DNA of 62,291 nucleotides from a virus: the IMG/VR virus record IMGVR_UViG_3300045988_160201; one strand, written 5' to 3'. Below are positions 45,901-53,111 of the stretch, piece by piece. Under the pieces are notes generated by a model. The model had not been told where the DNA came from, did no database searches, and saw nothing but the letters and a program-made list of their open reading frames with translations. The translations under genes and the position numbers were made by a program. The first letter of the stretch is position 1, and every line of letters starts with the position of its first letter.

Positions 45901-48900
45901 GTCAGATTTGTGTATTGGAATGACTGCTGTGGCGTCAGAGATTCATAATCAATGCTTCCGTCCTTCTTTTTAGGAAAGGAGGATATAAGTTTGTCCAGTT
46001 CGGATTTTTCGTAAGTCGGACTCTCTGTGCTTTCCTGCAATGGTTGGTTTCCCATCTCTTTTCCTTCAGGAGCGGTTTCATTTGTTGAACTCTTGGATTT
46101 TTTCACCCAATCGGTGTACTCTTGGACGGGAACCGCACCTAACTGGTATGCTTCATTTTCCAATATATTCATTGATACCTCATCGCTTTTGACCTCATTG
46201 TACTCATCGGTTGGAACGACAAACATACCTCCGATTTCCTCATCAAAACCGATAATGGTCATACTTTCTCCTTCTGGAGTGATATAGGAGGCGCCGATTT
46301 CCGGAGCCGCTTCCGCATCATCTTTTCTTTGTGCGTCAAATAGCGACTGTTTGTATTTGAAATATTGCTCTTCTGTCACGAGTACGGAACCTGTTTCATT
46401 ACCGTTGTTGTCTATGATCTTCCCGGACCATCCGCCGGGAACTTCCTCATCAAGTACTATCTCTTTGCCTCCTGTATATATCTTGTCACCTTTTTCGGGT
46501 TGTAATGCAAGTACTTCCGGACTGAATTTCCGAATTAACTCTTCCTGTCTTCTATTTTCATCCTCTTGTGCGTATTCAGTCCGTATTCCGGCTTTGTCCA
46601 CATTGTCTTTCATGGCCCGGAGTTGTTCATCGCTGACAGAAACCGGCTCCCGACTTCCTTCCATGAGTACGGACCAATTGCCCATTGTATCCTGACCAAC
46701 AACAGAAATGCCGGTCACTGTGCCATTATCATCCGCTATGCTGAATGTCTGTCCTGCGGATATGGGCTGTGCTTCCATGATTGCGGCATCGGCGTTGTAT
46801 GCGCCAAGCATTTGTTCAAGAACTTGATCCCGTCCGACCATTGAGATCTCTGTGTCTGCATTGATTCTTACAGTCTTGGCATTATTCTCATCAAATGAGG
46901 CGAATATCGGACCTTCTGGACCGTTTTCCAATGGCACTACCATGAGTGTGCCTGTTTCTCCGGGTTGCCCAGTGGCATCTATACCATTTATGACAACTCC
47001 GTAACTGTGCTCCTTGTCTCCGAATCTTCCTAACGGAATAGTGACAACTTGTCCTTGGGGAGACATTTGCTGGACTTTGACAGCCGCCTGTTCATATTCG
47101 GAAGCATGAGCCTCATCCAATGCGTCCTCAACTGCGTCATGACGGTCTTTCTGCCGTAGGTAGTCCGTAGCCAAACGTCTGGTCTCTTCGTCCATGACAT
47201 CCAGCATTTCCGCACGTTGGGCGTCATTGGCACCGGCAAGCGCATCTATGGCTTCATCATCCAGTACGGATGAAAGGCGTTCACGGGAAACTTCCTCACG
47301 GAGGACTGTCGTGCGCATGGCTACTGGATCATGAGTTGTATAGATATCCGTTCCCTCTTCTTGTGCTGCCGTGCGCTTTTCGGACTCCTCACGGGTCTGC
47401 TCTCCTGCAATGTCCTCCATGGCATTGTTCTTCGCAATGTCAAACGCATATTCTATCTCGGCCTTTTTCTCTTCCTTGCTGAGGCTACCGTCATTCATGG
47501 TTTCTTTGATGAAAATCCTTATGTCGTCATTGCCACGTTCTTTTGACATACGTTCCAGTTCGGACAGTTTCTCCTGTTGTTCTTTGGTCATGTTTCCGAA
47601 AGCCGCATTCATCTTCTGGCGGTGTCTTACCCTTTCAGCCCCCATGCTTCCAAGTCCTAATAAGCCGAAAGCGACGGAAGTGGGAGCCAGTCCAAGGAAT
47701 GTGTCTATATTGTTGTCAAGGTCTGTGGCTTCTTCCAAGGTCATTTCACCTAACGGGACATTTGCAAGATTATTATACACCTCTTCCATATATTCTTCGG
47801 GTAGCCCGTGGAACTGCGCTTTTTTTGCGGCTTCTTTGAAAGTAGGGTTGTCCTTTATCTCCCTGTATAGCTTACCGGCCCTGCTGTTCGTTATATATTT
47901 CATGAATTCACTTGCGCCACCGGGAACGGTCTCTTCCACATTCTTCCATATTCCTTTGCCCAGTCCTTTGAATGCGTTGAAAATCATCTCGGATTGGTTC
48001 TCAAGAAAAGTGGAAGCGATTGATTTGCCGATGGCTTTACCCATATCCATTCCTCCTTCACGTCCTCCATAAGTCAAGTTTCCATCCTTGTCAACATCAA
48101 ACAGAATATTCCCCATCATTCTGTCTTGTGCTCCTGCGGTGACACGCGCCAGTCCTGTTGTTCCTTCCATTCCTGCTGCGGCCAAAGCGTCTCCGGCAAG
48201 ACGTGCCCCCATTTTTGACATTCCTTTTTTCATGGCGGACGCGCCGAATTTCTTCATACCGTATTTTAGAATGCTTTTGGCTATTCCCTCACCTGCCGCC
48301 GATATCGGGTTTATGGCGAATTCCAGCATGAACGGGATACTGGCTCCTGTGGTTTGTCCAGCCTTGTATCCTCTTCCCAAATCGGAGGAATAATAGGCGT
48401 TGACCGCCATGTTGGTGACAGCGGCGTCAAGCAACTTCTCTTCAGAAGGTGAGAGCTTTTCTCCTTTATCCGCTTTCTCCACCACATTTTTCAGACGGAT
48501 GCCGCCTATCATGTCGGATATGCCTAAAGTCCATTGTTGGGGATCAAATGCGGTATCGGCGAAACCACGCGCTAGACCGCTAAAAAAGTTTGTTTTTCCT
48601 TTCTTCCCGGCTTCCTCTATAATATTGTTCGATTCATCAATAAGGTCTTTCGCCCCTTCCAGATAAGTCCTTTCTCCTCGGTACTGTGCTAATGTAGGAT
48701 CTTCCCTTGTATTCATTCTGGCATTCACCATCGCATTACCGGAATCGTTTCTTAGTATTTTCTTTTGTTTGGTAATCTTTTCCTCTATGTCATCAAGGTC
48801 TTTGTTTACTTCATTGGTCAGGGTGCTAAGATGGGAGCCTACGCTCTTTTTGACAAATCCGGCAAGATCACGCTTCATGTCTGTACCGTAACGTGAAGTT

Positions 48901-49769
48901 ATCTCTTTATTGTATACGTCCTGATATGATTCCAATTCCTTGCTAATGACCTCTCCGTAGGTCTTCTGAAACGCTTCGTTTGCTTTTTGGTTAAGTTCGT
49001 TCCCTTTATATTGTTGTGACAGCTTCCTGTATTCGTCTGAGGCAAGAAACCGGTTGGCATATTTGTCTTGAATCTCCTTCTGTATTCCGGCCATTTCTTC
49101 CGAAAGCTGTTTTCCTCTTTCTGTCAGGGCAAACCTGTCACGATAGTTGTTATATACATCATTCATGGACGATATGGAACGCGGGGTATATTCCTTGTCC
49201 AAGCGGCTTTCTTCTTCAACCGTAAATAGTTTGTCCAATTTTCCTTTGTCCATATCTACTTTCAATCTTTCTCCCAAATTTATCGGAGAAAATTGATATC
49301 TAGCTGAAACCTCCGCCTTGTCTGACTCCATTTGCGATGTGGAGGGGGGGATAAACTGAAAGTTGTCTTTTGAATGCACTTGTTCACGTAAGCCGGGACG
49401 TGTGCTGGGATTATAGTTTCTCATATCAAAAATCCTGTCCGCTTCCTCCTGTGTTCCGACACCACCTGAATATGTTCTTGAAACAGGGTCATATCCGTTG
49501 CCTGTTTGAAAGTAATCAGACTTTGGAGTTTGAGGGGTGTTGTTAGGTTGCTGTATTTGTACAGAGGAATCAACTGGTTGCATGAATTGATTAAAGTCCT
49601 CATATGAGTCAGAGTATCCGGTCTTATCCTTTAATACGTCATATACTTTCTTTCTGGCTTCCTCATTTTCATCCATGAATTTGTTAAAATCCTCATATGA
49701 GTCAGAGTATCCGGTTTTATCCCTTAATACGTCATATACTTTCTTTCTGGCTGTATTATTATCTTGCAT
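36921..49769 (-). CDS. Giant polyvalent protein (4,282 aa), a probable virion-packaged or ejected multi-effector
   Basis: Uninterrupted 12.8-kb ORF. Motifs: pyrophosphatase-like IENPKGS...YGYIRGTKAVDGDHIDIFL; ART-like IYRAV/SLSES/NEWGY; ...YHYYICGLKIGSEDYTVRMV...YYDHKLTHIEKG; HEVQH; FHEVVAHKG; ATGWERGADGKWRYE. The C-terminal region has a Gly-rich TM segment. Confidence 0.85.
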   Translation of the reverse strand: MQDNNTARKKVYDVLRDKTGYSDSYEDFNKFMDENEEARKKVYDVLKDKTGYSDSYEDFNQFMQPVDSSVQIQQPNNTPQTPKSDYFQTGNGYDPVSRTYSGGVGTQEEADRIFDMRNYNPSTRPGLREQVHSKDNFQFIPPSTSQMESDKAEVSARYQFSPINLGERLKVDMDKGKLDKLFTVEEESRLDKEYTPRSISSMNDVYNNYRDRFALTERGKQLSEEMAGIQKEIQDKYANRFLASDEYRKLSQQYKGNELNQKANEAFQKTYGEVISKELESYQDVYNKEITSRYGTDMKRDLAGFVKKSVGSHLSTLTNEVNKDLDDIEEKITKQKKILRNDSGNAMVNARMNTREDPTLAQYRGERTYLEGAKDLIDESNNIIEEAGKKGKTNFFSGLARGFADTAFDPQQWTLGISDMIGGIRLKNVVEKADKGEKLSPSEEKLLDAAVTNMAVNAYYSSDLGRGYKAGQTTGASIPFMLEFAINPISAAGEGIAKSILKYGMKKFGASAMKKGMSKMGARLAGDALAAAGMEGTTGLARVTAGAQDRMMGNILFDVDKDGNLTYGGREGGMDMGKAIGKSIASTFLENQSEMIFNAFKGLGKGIWKNVEETVPGGASEFMKYITNSRAGKLYREIKDNPTFKEAAKKAQFHGLPEEYMEEVYNNLANVPLGEMTLEEATDLDNNIDTFLGLAPTSVAFGLLGLGSMGAERVRHRQKMNAAFGNMTKEQQEKLSELERMSKERGNDDIRIFIKETMNDGSLSKEEKKAEIEYAFDIAKNNAMEDIAGEQTREESEKRTAAQEEGTDIYTTHDPVAMRTTVLREEVSRERLSSVLDDEAIDALAGANDAQRAEMLDVMDEETRRLATDYLRQKDRHDAVEDALDEAHASEYEQAAVKVQQMSPQGQVVTIPLGRFGDKEHSYGVVINGIDATGQPGETGTLMVVPLENGPEGPIFASFDENNAKTVRINADTEISMVGRDQVLEQMLGAYNADAAIMEAQPISAGQTFSIADDNGTVTGISVVGQDTMGNWSVLMEGSREPVSVSDEQLRAMKDNVDKAGIRTEYAQEDENRRQEELIRKFSPEVLALQPEKGDKIYTGGKEIVLDEEVPGGWSGKIIDNNGNETGSVLVTEEQYFKYKQSLFDAQRKDDAEAAPEIGASYITPEGESMTIIGFDEEIGGMFVVPTDEYNEVKSDEVSMNILENEAYQLGAVPVQEYTDWVKKSKSSTNETAPEGKEMGNQPLQESTESPTYEKSELDKLISSFPKKKDGSIDYESLTPQQSFQYTNLTESLETALDDLRKDIEASDAQIAKLNESLSSATRGKRNEIRDAIREAKAENEEIKNFYNSVIPITETNNNQTNGISESSKTGTNGNDTNEPVPVSETSEQGKERGTEKRPEAKGTGEERMGPEGIPDTGRKNSIQKPAAKISESITDTELPENPLVQEILSRTEPETLEELASLVLGKSLFLQMTGERSVRNMTGLSHKDLTPFLSIFRKKEKGGMTVEEAGDRLISIAHESYPAIVAKEGLENDNTGMAGTNAILSVLQQSRTFGDISNMIRNNRTEEAQRAIDAEKEYEDELKEQFYQEQYHMSPDEYEAWVNDEAFSESNVYSNEEKSEFYNTFADKIIKQQEYDNRRENPTDEGIGTRKSDEQGGIFGIRERGDAVLQGEKPVHAVGTEGYQGKSGQMEGQTDEGLHPQNDNVQDNTSTNKLLDHIAEAREMVDTSPTEAQKEAGNYKKGHIKLDGYDITIENPKGSVRSGKDANGQEWSITMNNDYGYIRGTKAVDGDHIDIFLSDNPSEGNVFVVDQLNEKGEFDESKVMYGFPSMDEARSSYLANYSPGWENRISTITEVTKDEFYKWIDSSVKKTKPFSEYKSVNPVQLAPSIESANADRMKDIETRLAEIEDRKIELEDILVEAGNDSVERDAVFSEQQELNQEQQELEAEYSGLRAMNDESNEILTSEGSDIRFREVGNEEISSFANKHNLDEADVKKYAQSMKMKNLGGASYAFKSISRNVRLQNSNLSLGQFVKVFSPIKKELYEKFGDVDALRDEYVQEEMKARNMMEAARKRAEEEAESEKKRLKEFELMTDEEMDEAYFKAMEENNEARMRDIIHESARRNGYVSADEFRMAHRAPSYDEEGIDKNMVDIAANKDQIRESLNEQLRMNRDQYKNESAAAINEALSAIDKGEKPTVTIYRAVPKSLKEGKVRNGDWVSLSESYVKVHGEHALNGNYRIMKEEVPAENLYWDGNDINEWGYDDRSDYRYKNTKNNRKLNDLITRDDKGNIIPPSKRFNARKADVRYRFIGEEGASKLDKAEEATTRLDNLNVAREMESAFNTKKGRIEKLRKSEPIEITGKEVTPSDDLKQYKKNALEYGKNLQGEYTNKDTGRTIQLQRGRKNGGLKEILQHDTLNDTVQIKSVAAIPSIIENAIYIDSSENQDVQKNPNVVAYHYYICGLKIGSEDYTVRMVEAEEKDGNRYYDHKLTHIEKGKLINELALINPSSSTELSSTPDAGTEDRNRPTNRGEIQTAPISNIKDKKLVSLLQTNEKENARKIKLATGWERGADGKWRYEVEDFEIDPKGLARRNRLWSNLSWGKEYDALSDKLFDGVELTEEEAARFDELSEKAEELRATYEANDVRYLDDYVKDENLFKAYPELKQIRVEIYNAPTSNTGATYYESQNLIRVNESVLDRADFRSILAHEVQHTVQSIEGFARGGNSMTYRKHLDALKEKRDAWSMIEEFADKREELGEDASQMDVYNALVNEYHSDGFEFGDGFIPSRNAFDKGFNLWVRGYDKEGYEDAYNEYQSLIEKFGLGGENDRYNELSGEVEARNVQSRMNMTPEERRNTLASETEDVAREDQIFINDALEAYASVSAPMNTAVNELSESLHTPIEKITSEDQLPQGEARRRIESGANIKGWYSPKENKVYLYMPNTTSVEDAQATIFHEVVAHKGLRELFGKDFDTFLDNVYNNAAPSIRQTINRMAENENISIRTATEEYMADLSERGPATFAEQSLWTRIKTFFIDMLRKAKVNLGFELTDNELRYILYESHNRLKQSNYPVDVAKETVMRSKLGIGEFSGSSRTIPSVPQGETLFRITGKEEKKEIIKNLKEEIRELKKQLDQARKGNKEEYETASRAMLSFIDQRLTKEAGEEMGPHMIKSLIAQVNKAASTNKLKEPLNLVEKLINYAQYDSSVKRMQKMIKTKLSGQDTRGVSKGIVVDEATRRVFDSIRSAYKDLLLTSADSELRAVRSEIVKLGKLIKSETSPESITILTGQQNEMKSRRDNLLKERAELLKTKELESVEEIRKRREELENAMDEAAEGTGVFTQTMADEYDSLSIRELLAESRKMKRDLDKLEGDLVTTRRVAYNNKGEARKFYLQEAEKIAAQIPVAQEELIRMTDNVYNELKALVDTGKSRLAMLNKEKAAHRGRIVSMGINAVKDKRIKGINEKETNMEKTVSILQSIGDFIAYPMYSFDYLLKAIDRNHAIGKGPLYDYFMKSSHGVVEANDRIYLGVKAYNKELEEKIKELFGKSMENVFRDSQKSEKRIHKQYMYDSNYHKEGDLYEANLNKGQAFYVWLTWRQPDGKMKLEADGWTEDSMTEIEFFIGDKYMKLGEWITDDFFPRLREERYNPVHVRMTGTSMASRENYFPMVIAKSEIREKGELGETIIGMPSTITGNIINRTINTLKVDTSRNAFDLMLKYGRDMETWAATAELRQDLNFLRGSKAFKNYMEANHKGMFDIFMRAAEVAVRSFNDKQKQDSLNNGLNKILRYWAGSNIAFRLNTAMKQVLSYPAFSAYSGKPGYQADLFKYIFTPAGNMKWAKEHLPSFEERVDTGNMGIEALKDENAFKNKLEKLTNAGMYPNKLIDALTCAAGARAVYNFEYERAQKRGLGNEEAANLAKYNAEIAFNESQQSSSPEMMSPMQASGNVFYKALTTYQSSNIGYQRMGIEGLLEMARAKRIYNLNIESGMNKDEAQRTMMGSYLTGLRKATFGLFVMGGLWAAGGYGIAGITAPLISNIYAMFGYGDGDEDLWFTDEQLKSIFLSAALSSLGGTSIGQFVNAISQGNKYDPLSFITEMSNLISEAVKDGFNLNVQRELAAKLGKFAGLNVETLENIYLGAESAIREGRPDLVDFMFLINLPKSQRKEMAEKLYKDMGPYEYLNKMYEAGKLFNDYRKKLPYSDGTSKRKDSEIKKKYIINNLNEKEKETLKNEKEFLKLKRKHDEAKDKKEWLEEHPEYPDMEKKYKKQTITKKVRKEVEKVYRQ

Positions 49770-49777
49770 GATTCATG

Positions 49778-50977
49778 TTATTTTAGTGACCAACTATTAT
49801 TCCCCTTCAATGACCATGATTTGTTTTCCGGTTTTGAAGAGGGATTGAACGCTTCTCCGCTTTCCACTTTTTGCTGTTTCCCATAAATGGAGAGAATATA
49901 ATCTCTCATGCCTTTTATGGATTTGGGGCGTTTATCCGCTTCAAGGCCAAATGTTTTTTCCAAATCGTTATACATTAGTGCGACATCTTCATTTTTATTC
50001 AGGTTATAGGCTCTTGTACTGCCGGAAAAGCCTTTTTTCCCACTTATGCGATATGAAGGATATTTATTTTTTTTGCCATTTTGCTTTTGAGAATCATTAT
50101 CTATTCTCATTAGACTGATTCTCTCTGTGGCTTTATTATGTCTTTCGATTTCCGCCTGTTTAGCGGCGTTTTCTTCCGCCTTACGTTTGGAGTCTGCCGC
50201 TTTTGCAGCCTGCTCGGTTTCAAACTTATATGTGTTCCAGTTGTATTCCCGTTCTGCTGCTGCTTGTTGTGCCTTCCATCGGTCTTGACGGGCCTTCTCT
50301 ACATCTATTCTCGCCTGCTCGGCCCTGTCACGTGCGATCGCTCCGATATAGTCCTGATAATTCTGACGTGACAGATTGTCCCTGTATTGGCGTATTCTGT
50401 CAATACGTGCTTGGCCTTCACGTCCGGCTCCTGAAAGATTCATTGACGGATTGCCTCTTCGTGTTCTTACCACATTCACCAGATTGGCCAGAACACTTCC
50501 TACAGCATTGATACTCTCGGCGGCACGTAAACGTCTTTCGGCATTAATTCTGTCCTCCTCGCTTTGTAACGGGTCCCGTCCTCTCAGGGCTTCCGCAAGT
50601 TCGGTGTAAGATAATCCCTCTTGTCCTTTTTTCTTGCGATAAGAAGCCACTCCTGACAGGTATGCGGCCGGTGACAGCTGGGGATGAGCCGCATAGGCTT
50701 CTTGTGCGCTCATTTCCTGCCACGGCTTTTCTGTACCAGGAAGCTGGACGGGAAGCTTGTCCGCATTTTCCCGTTCTTGAACGGTATTGACTGTAGACAC
50801 ACTCGTCGCAGGTTTTTGAACAGCCACCGTGGGACGTAACGGCAACTGTTCCCGTGCGTTTTCCTCAGCTTGTCTCGCCACAGACTCATCATGGATCTGC
50901 CGCTCTTCCTCCGGATTGACAATGCCGGCAGCTTCTTTTCTTTTTTGATAATTGGTATATCTGTCCGTAACTGCCAT
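49778..50977 (-). CDS. Hypothetical coiled-coil protein (399 aa), co-operonic with the giant gene
   Basis: Arg/Glu/Ala/Gln-rich central helix. The stop is 8 nt before the giant-gene ATG. Confidence 0.6.
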   Translation of the reverse strand: MAVTDRYTNYQKRKEAAGIVNPEEERQIHDESVARQAEENAREQLPLRPTVAVQKPATSVSTVNTVQERENADKLPVQLPGTEKPWQEMSAQEAYAAHPQLSPAAYLSGVASYRKKKGQEGLSYTELAEALRGRDPLQSEEDRINAERRLRAAESINAVGSVLANLVNVVRTRRGNPSMNLSGAGREGQARIDRIRQYRDNLSRQNYQDYIGAIARDRAEQARIDVEKARQDRWKAQQAAAEREYNWNTYKFETEQAAKAADSKRKAEENAAKQAEIERHNKATERISLMRIDNDSQKQNGKKNKYPSYRISGKKGFSGSTRAYNLNKNEDVALMYNDLEKTFGLEADKRPKSIKGMRDYILSIYGKQQKVESGEAFNPSSKPENKSWSLKGNNSWSLK

Positions 50978-50982
50978 ACCTG

Positions 50983-51489
50983 CTATTTCTTTTTAGTGAT
51001 TTGACTGGCTACAGCACCGCCTATGGGGCCACCGAAAACAGTGGCCGCAGCCGTTATACCTGTATTGAGAAGACCTCCTAATGCCGATGATTCCTGTTGG
51101 GCCTGTTGTTGTTTCACATTATTGATAGCCTCCGTATATGATCGGTTTGCATCCAGATAATTTTTCATGGCCTGATCTTTTTTGGCAGTGGCGGTTGAGG
51201 CTATTCCGGCCGTAATATTTTCAAGTGACTGGTTGGCTCCCTGCTTCTGCAAGGCAACGCTCTCATCTGTAGCACCTGTTACAGCGGCGCTTCCTGCTGT
51301 CCGTTTGTTGTTTGCCATCAGCAGTTCTCTGGCTTGACGCAGAGCCGCCTGATTCGCACTGTCCTGAAGAGGATCAGCGTAAGCCTGTTCCTGATAATAG
51401 TTCATTTCAAGATCCTTCGCCTTTTGAAGATCTTTGATTGATTCCTTATAGGCTTTATTGCCGCCTAGAACACTGGATAAAAGTCCCAT
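50983..51489 (-). CDS. Hypothetical Ala/Gln/Gly-rich protein (168 aa), first gene of the giant-gene operon
   Basis: Gly-rich hydrophobic C-terminus (GGLLNTGITAAATVFGGPIGGAVASQI). Confidence 0.55.
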   Translation of the reverse strand: MGLLSSVLGGNKAYKESIKDLQKAKDLEMNYYQEQAYADPLQDSANQAALRQARELLMANNKRTAGSAAVTGATDESVALQKQGANQSLENITAGIASTATAKKDQAMKNYLDANRSYTEAINNVKQQQAQQESSALGGLLNTGITAAATVFGGPIGGAVASQITKKK

Positions 51490-51520
51490 AAATCGTAAAT
51501 TGCACTTTATTATTTAATAT

Positions 51521-51528
51521 CAAAAGTA
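51521..51528 (-). promoter_or_regulatory. TAnnTTTG -7 box (TACTTTTG on the minus strand) for the giant-gene operon
   Basis: Plus strand reads caaaagta. It lies 32 nt upstream of the ATG at 51489. Confidence 0.4.
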
Positions 51529-51534
51529 ATCAGT

Positions 51535-51542
51535 TACATTTG
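51535..51542 (+). promoter_or_regulatory. TAnnTTTG -7 box (TACATTTG) for the 51.5-55.9 kb small-gene operon
   Basis: Lies 16 nt upstream of the ATG at 51558. It is divergent from the previous box. Confidence 0.4.
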
Positions 51543-51557
51543 TATCATGTTGATATA

Positions 51558-52088
51558 ATGCAAGACGGAAGTATATTGTATAAGGAAGGGGACAAGGTGG
51601 CTCTTGATGGAACCTCATGGAAAGGCACGGTTGTCAAAGTTGAGTCGGACGATAATATATGCGTGGAACTTGACAATGGGATTACCATGTTTGCCCGTCC
51701 GGAATTATTGCATCTTTGCACTAAGGAAAACACAAAGCCTCTTCATGATGAAAATGGTAAATTTACAATAGGACATCCAAAGGTGGGGGGAGTTAAAAAA
51801 GGATATAGGACTGTCCGTCATTATCGAAACAAGCTTATGGAGCAACTGGCTCCGTTTATTGAGAGTATGGGAGAGATAATAGAGGCTATTGATGATCCTA
51901 GTGATAAAGTGCTTGCTGTTTCCCGAATTATCAAATATGCCATGCCGTCTCTTTCGTCCGTAGACTTTAAAGAAAACGCAAAACGAGATCTTTCAGCGGA
52001 GCAGAAGATAGCCCAGCTCAATGCAAGGTACAGAAACTTGCCTGATCCGACTGCCGATGAAGAAGGAGAGGAAGGGCATGAAGACTGA
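51558..52088 (+). CDS. Hypothetical protein (176 aa), a weak small-terminase-like/DUF5681-like hint
   Basis: N-terminal SH3-like segment. The central TIGHPKVGGVKKGYRT resembles the GNPxGRPKG motif. Acidic tail. Confidence 0.45.
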   Translation: MQDGSILYKEGDKVALDGTSWKGTVVKVESDDNICVELDNGITMFARPELLHLCTKENTKPLHDENGKFTIGHPKVGGVKKGYRTVRHYRNKLMEQLAPFIESMGEIIEAIDDPSDKVLAVSRIIKYAMPSLSSVDFKENAKRDLSAEQKIAQLNARYRNLPDPTADEEGEEGHED

Positions 52089-52181
52089 CAATATTGGTGT
52101 ATATTTTGGAAATTGGATAACCATTGTATTACAGTTGTCATATTAATTTGTGTTATGTAATAATCGTAATACATTTAATAT

Positions 52182-52670
52182 ATGGCAGAAATAATCAATT
52201 TTAGACCGACTCCGGATGTGGCGCAGATGATAGAGAGGCAGAAAGCAAAAGGCGTCAATATCAGTCGTTGGATTAATAATCTTCTTATAGGTGCGGATAA
52301 ACAGGCCGACAGCTTGAATTTGCAGATTTATACAATACCTGAAGACGGGATAAACCTGTATGACAGTACAAAGTTAGCTATTGATCAGATGATATCACTT
52401 CATTCGCTCCCATTCAGCCGGTTGAGCATATCTAGGTACAGGGAGGCCAATGATATTATAAAACAAGCAGGCATGGATTATTATCGCTTTAAAATAGACG
52501 AAGATAACTATATCTCGATAATAGCGGTGAACAGAGAAGAGGCTTCTGTGGAATTTTCCCGATATTATATGAAATCTGAAAATAAGGAATATGTCCGAAC
52601 ATCCGTACCATTACCTGTTTACAGGTTTGATGTCAAGAACAAGGTGGTAATTATTATAGCAAGCGAATAA
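52182..52670 (+). CDS. Ribbon-helix-helix-like DNA-binding protein (162 aa)
   Basis: The N-terminus IINFRPTPDVAQMIERQKAKGVNISRWINNLL fits the RHH/CopG pattern. Confidence 0.45.
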   Translation: MAEIINFRPTPDVAQMIERQKAKGVNISRWINNLLIGADKQADSLNLQIYTIPEDGINLYDSTKLAIDQMISLHSLPFSRLSISRYREANDIIKQAGMDYYRFKIDEDNYISIIAVNREEASVEFSRYYMKSENKEYVRTSVPLPVYRFDVKNKVVIIIASE

Positions 52671-52819
52671 TGGAAATATGTAAGACAGATACAGTACGAT
52701 TGCTCAGACTGTTAAAAGAAGCGGCCTTAATAATTGAAGACAATTGTAGAGGCATACGTTCGCTAGATAAGGCCAGACAGTTGCGACAGATGGCAAAGAA
52801 AATTCAACGGAAAAAATAA
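52670..52819 (+). CDS. Small basic ORF (49 aa)
   Basis: MEICKTDTVRLLRLLKEAALIIEDNCRGIRSLDKARQLRQMAKKIQRKK. TAATG overlap with the previous stop. Below the ORF-track cutoff. Confidence 0.35.
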   Translation: MEICKTDTVRLLRLLKEAALIIEDNCRGIRSLDKARQLRQMAKKIQRKK

Positions 52820-52837
52820 TTCAAATCAAATATAGAT

Positions 52838-53101
52838 ATGAGCAAATATCAAACAGAAGCTGGGATAGAATGTACTCCCGAAGAAGATAAGTTAATTGAC
52901 TCTTTGAAACGACTTGCAAAAAAGTGGGAAAAGGACGGTAAACGCCTTTGGCTGTATTCAGCCAGTGGTTCACTTCATGTAATGATGCATGGAGATACAG
53001 ACTATAATCCTACACCGGAATTTACGCAATATGGAGGCAGCAACATTGAAAATAGTGTAACTACTATTGATGGCGTATTAAATGATGGTGGAGACTGGTA
53101 A
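52838..53101 (+). CDS. Hypothetical protein (87 aa)
   Basis: Packed ORF. Confidence 0.5.
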   Translation: MSKYQTEAGIECTPEEDKLIDSLKRLAKKWEKDGKRLWLYSASGSLHVMMHGDTDYNPTPEFTQYGGSNIENSVTTIDGVLNDGGDW

Positions 53102-53111
53102 TAAGAAAGAT

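Noticed and set aside
36910-49603. Dozens of 60-230-aa plus-strand ORFs (for example 37372..37662, 40600..41076, 47371..48072) and short minus-strand out-of-frame ORFs inside the giant gene
   Set aside because: All lie within or antisense to one uninterrupted 12.8-kb ORF with recognisable motifs. Their translations are low-complexity and Ser/Phe/Leu-rich, which is typical of antisense frames.
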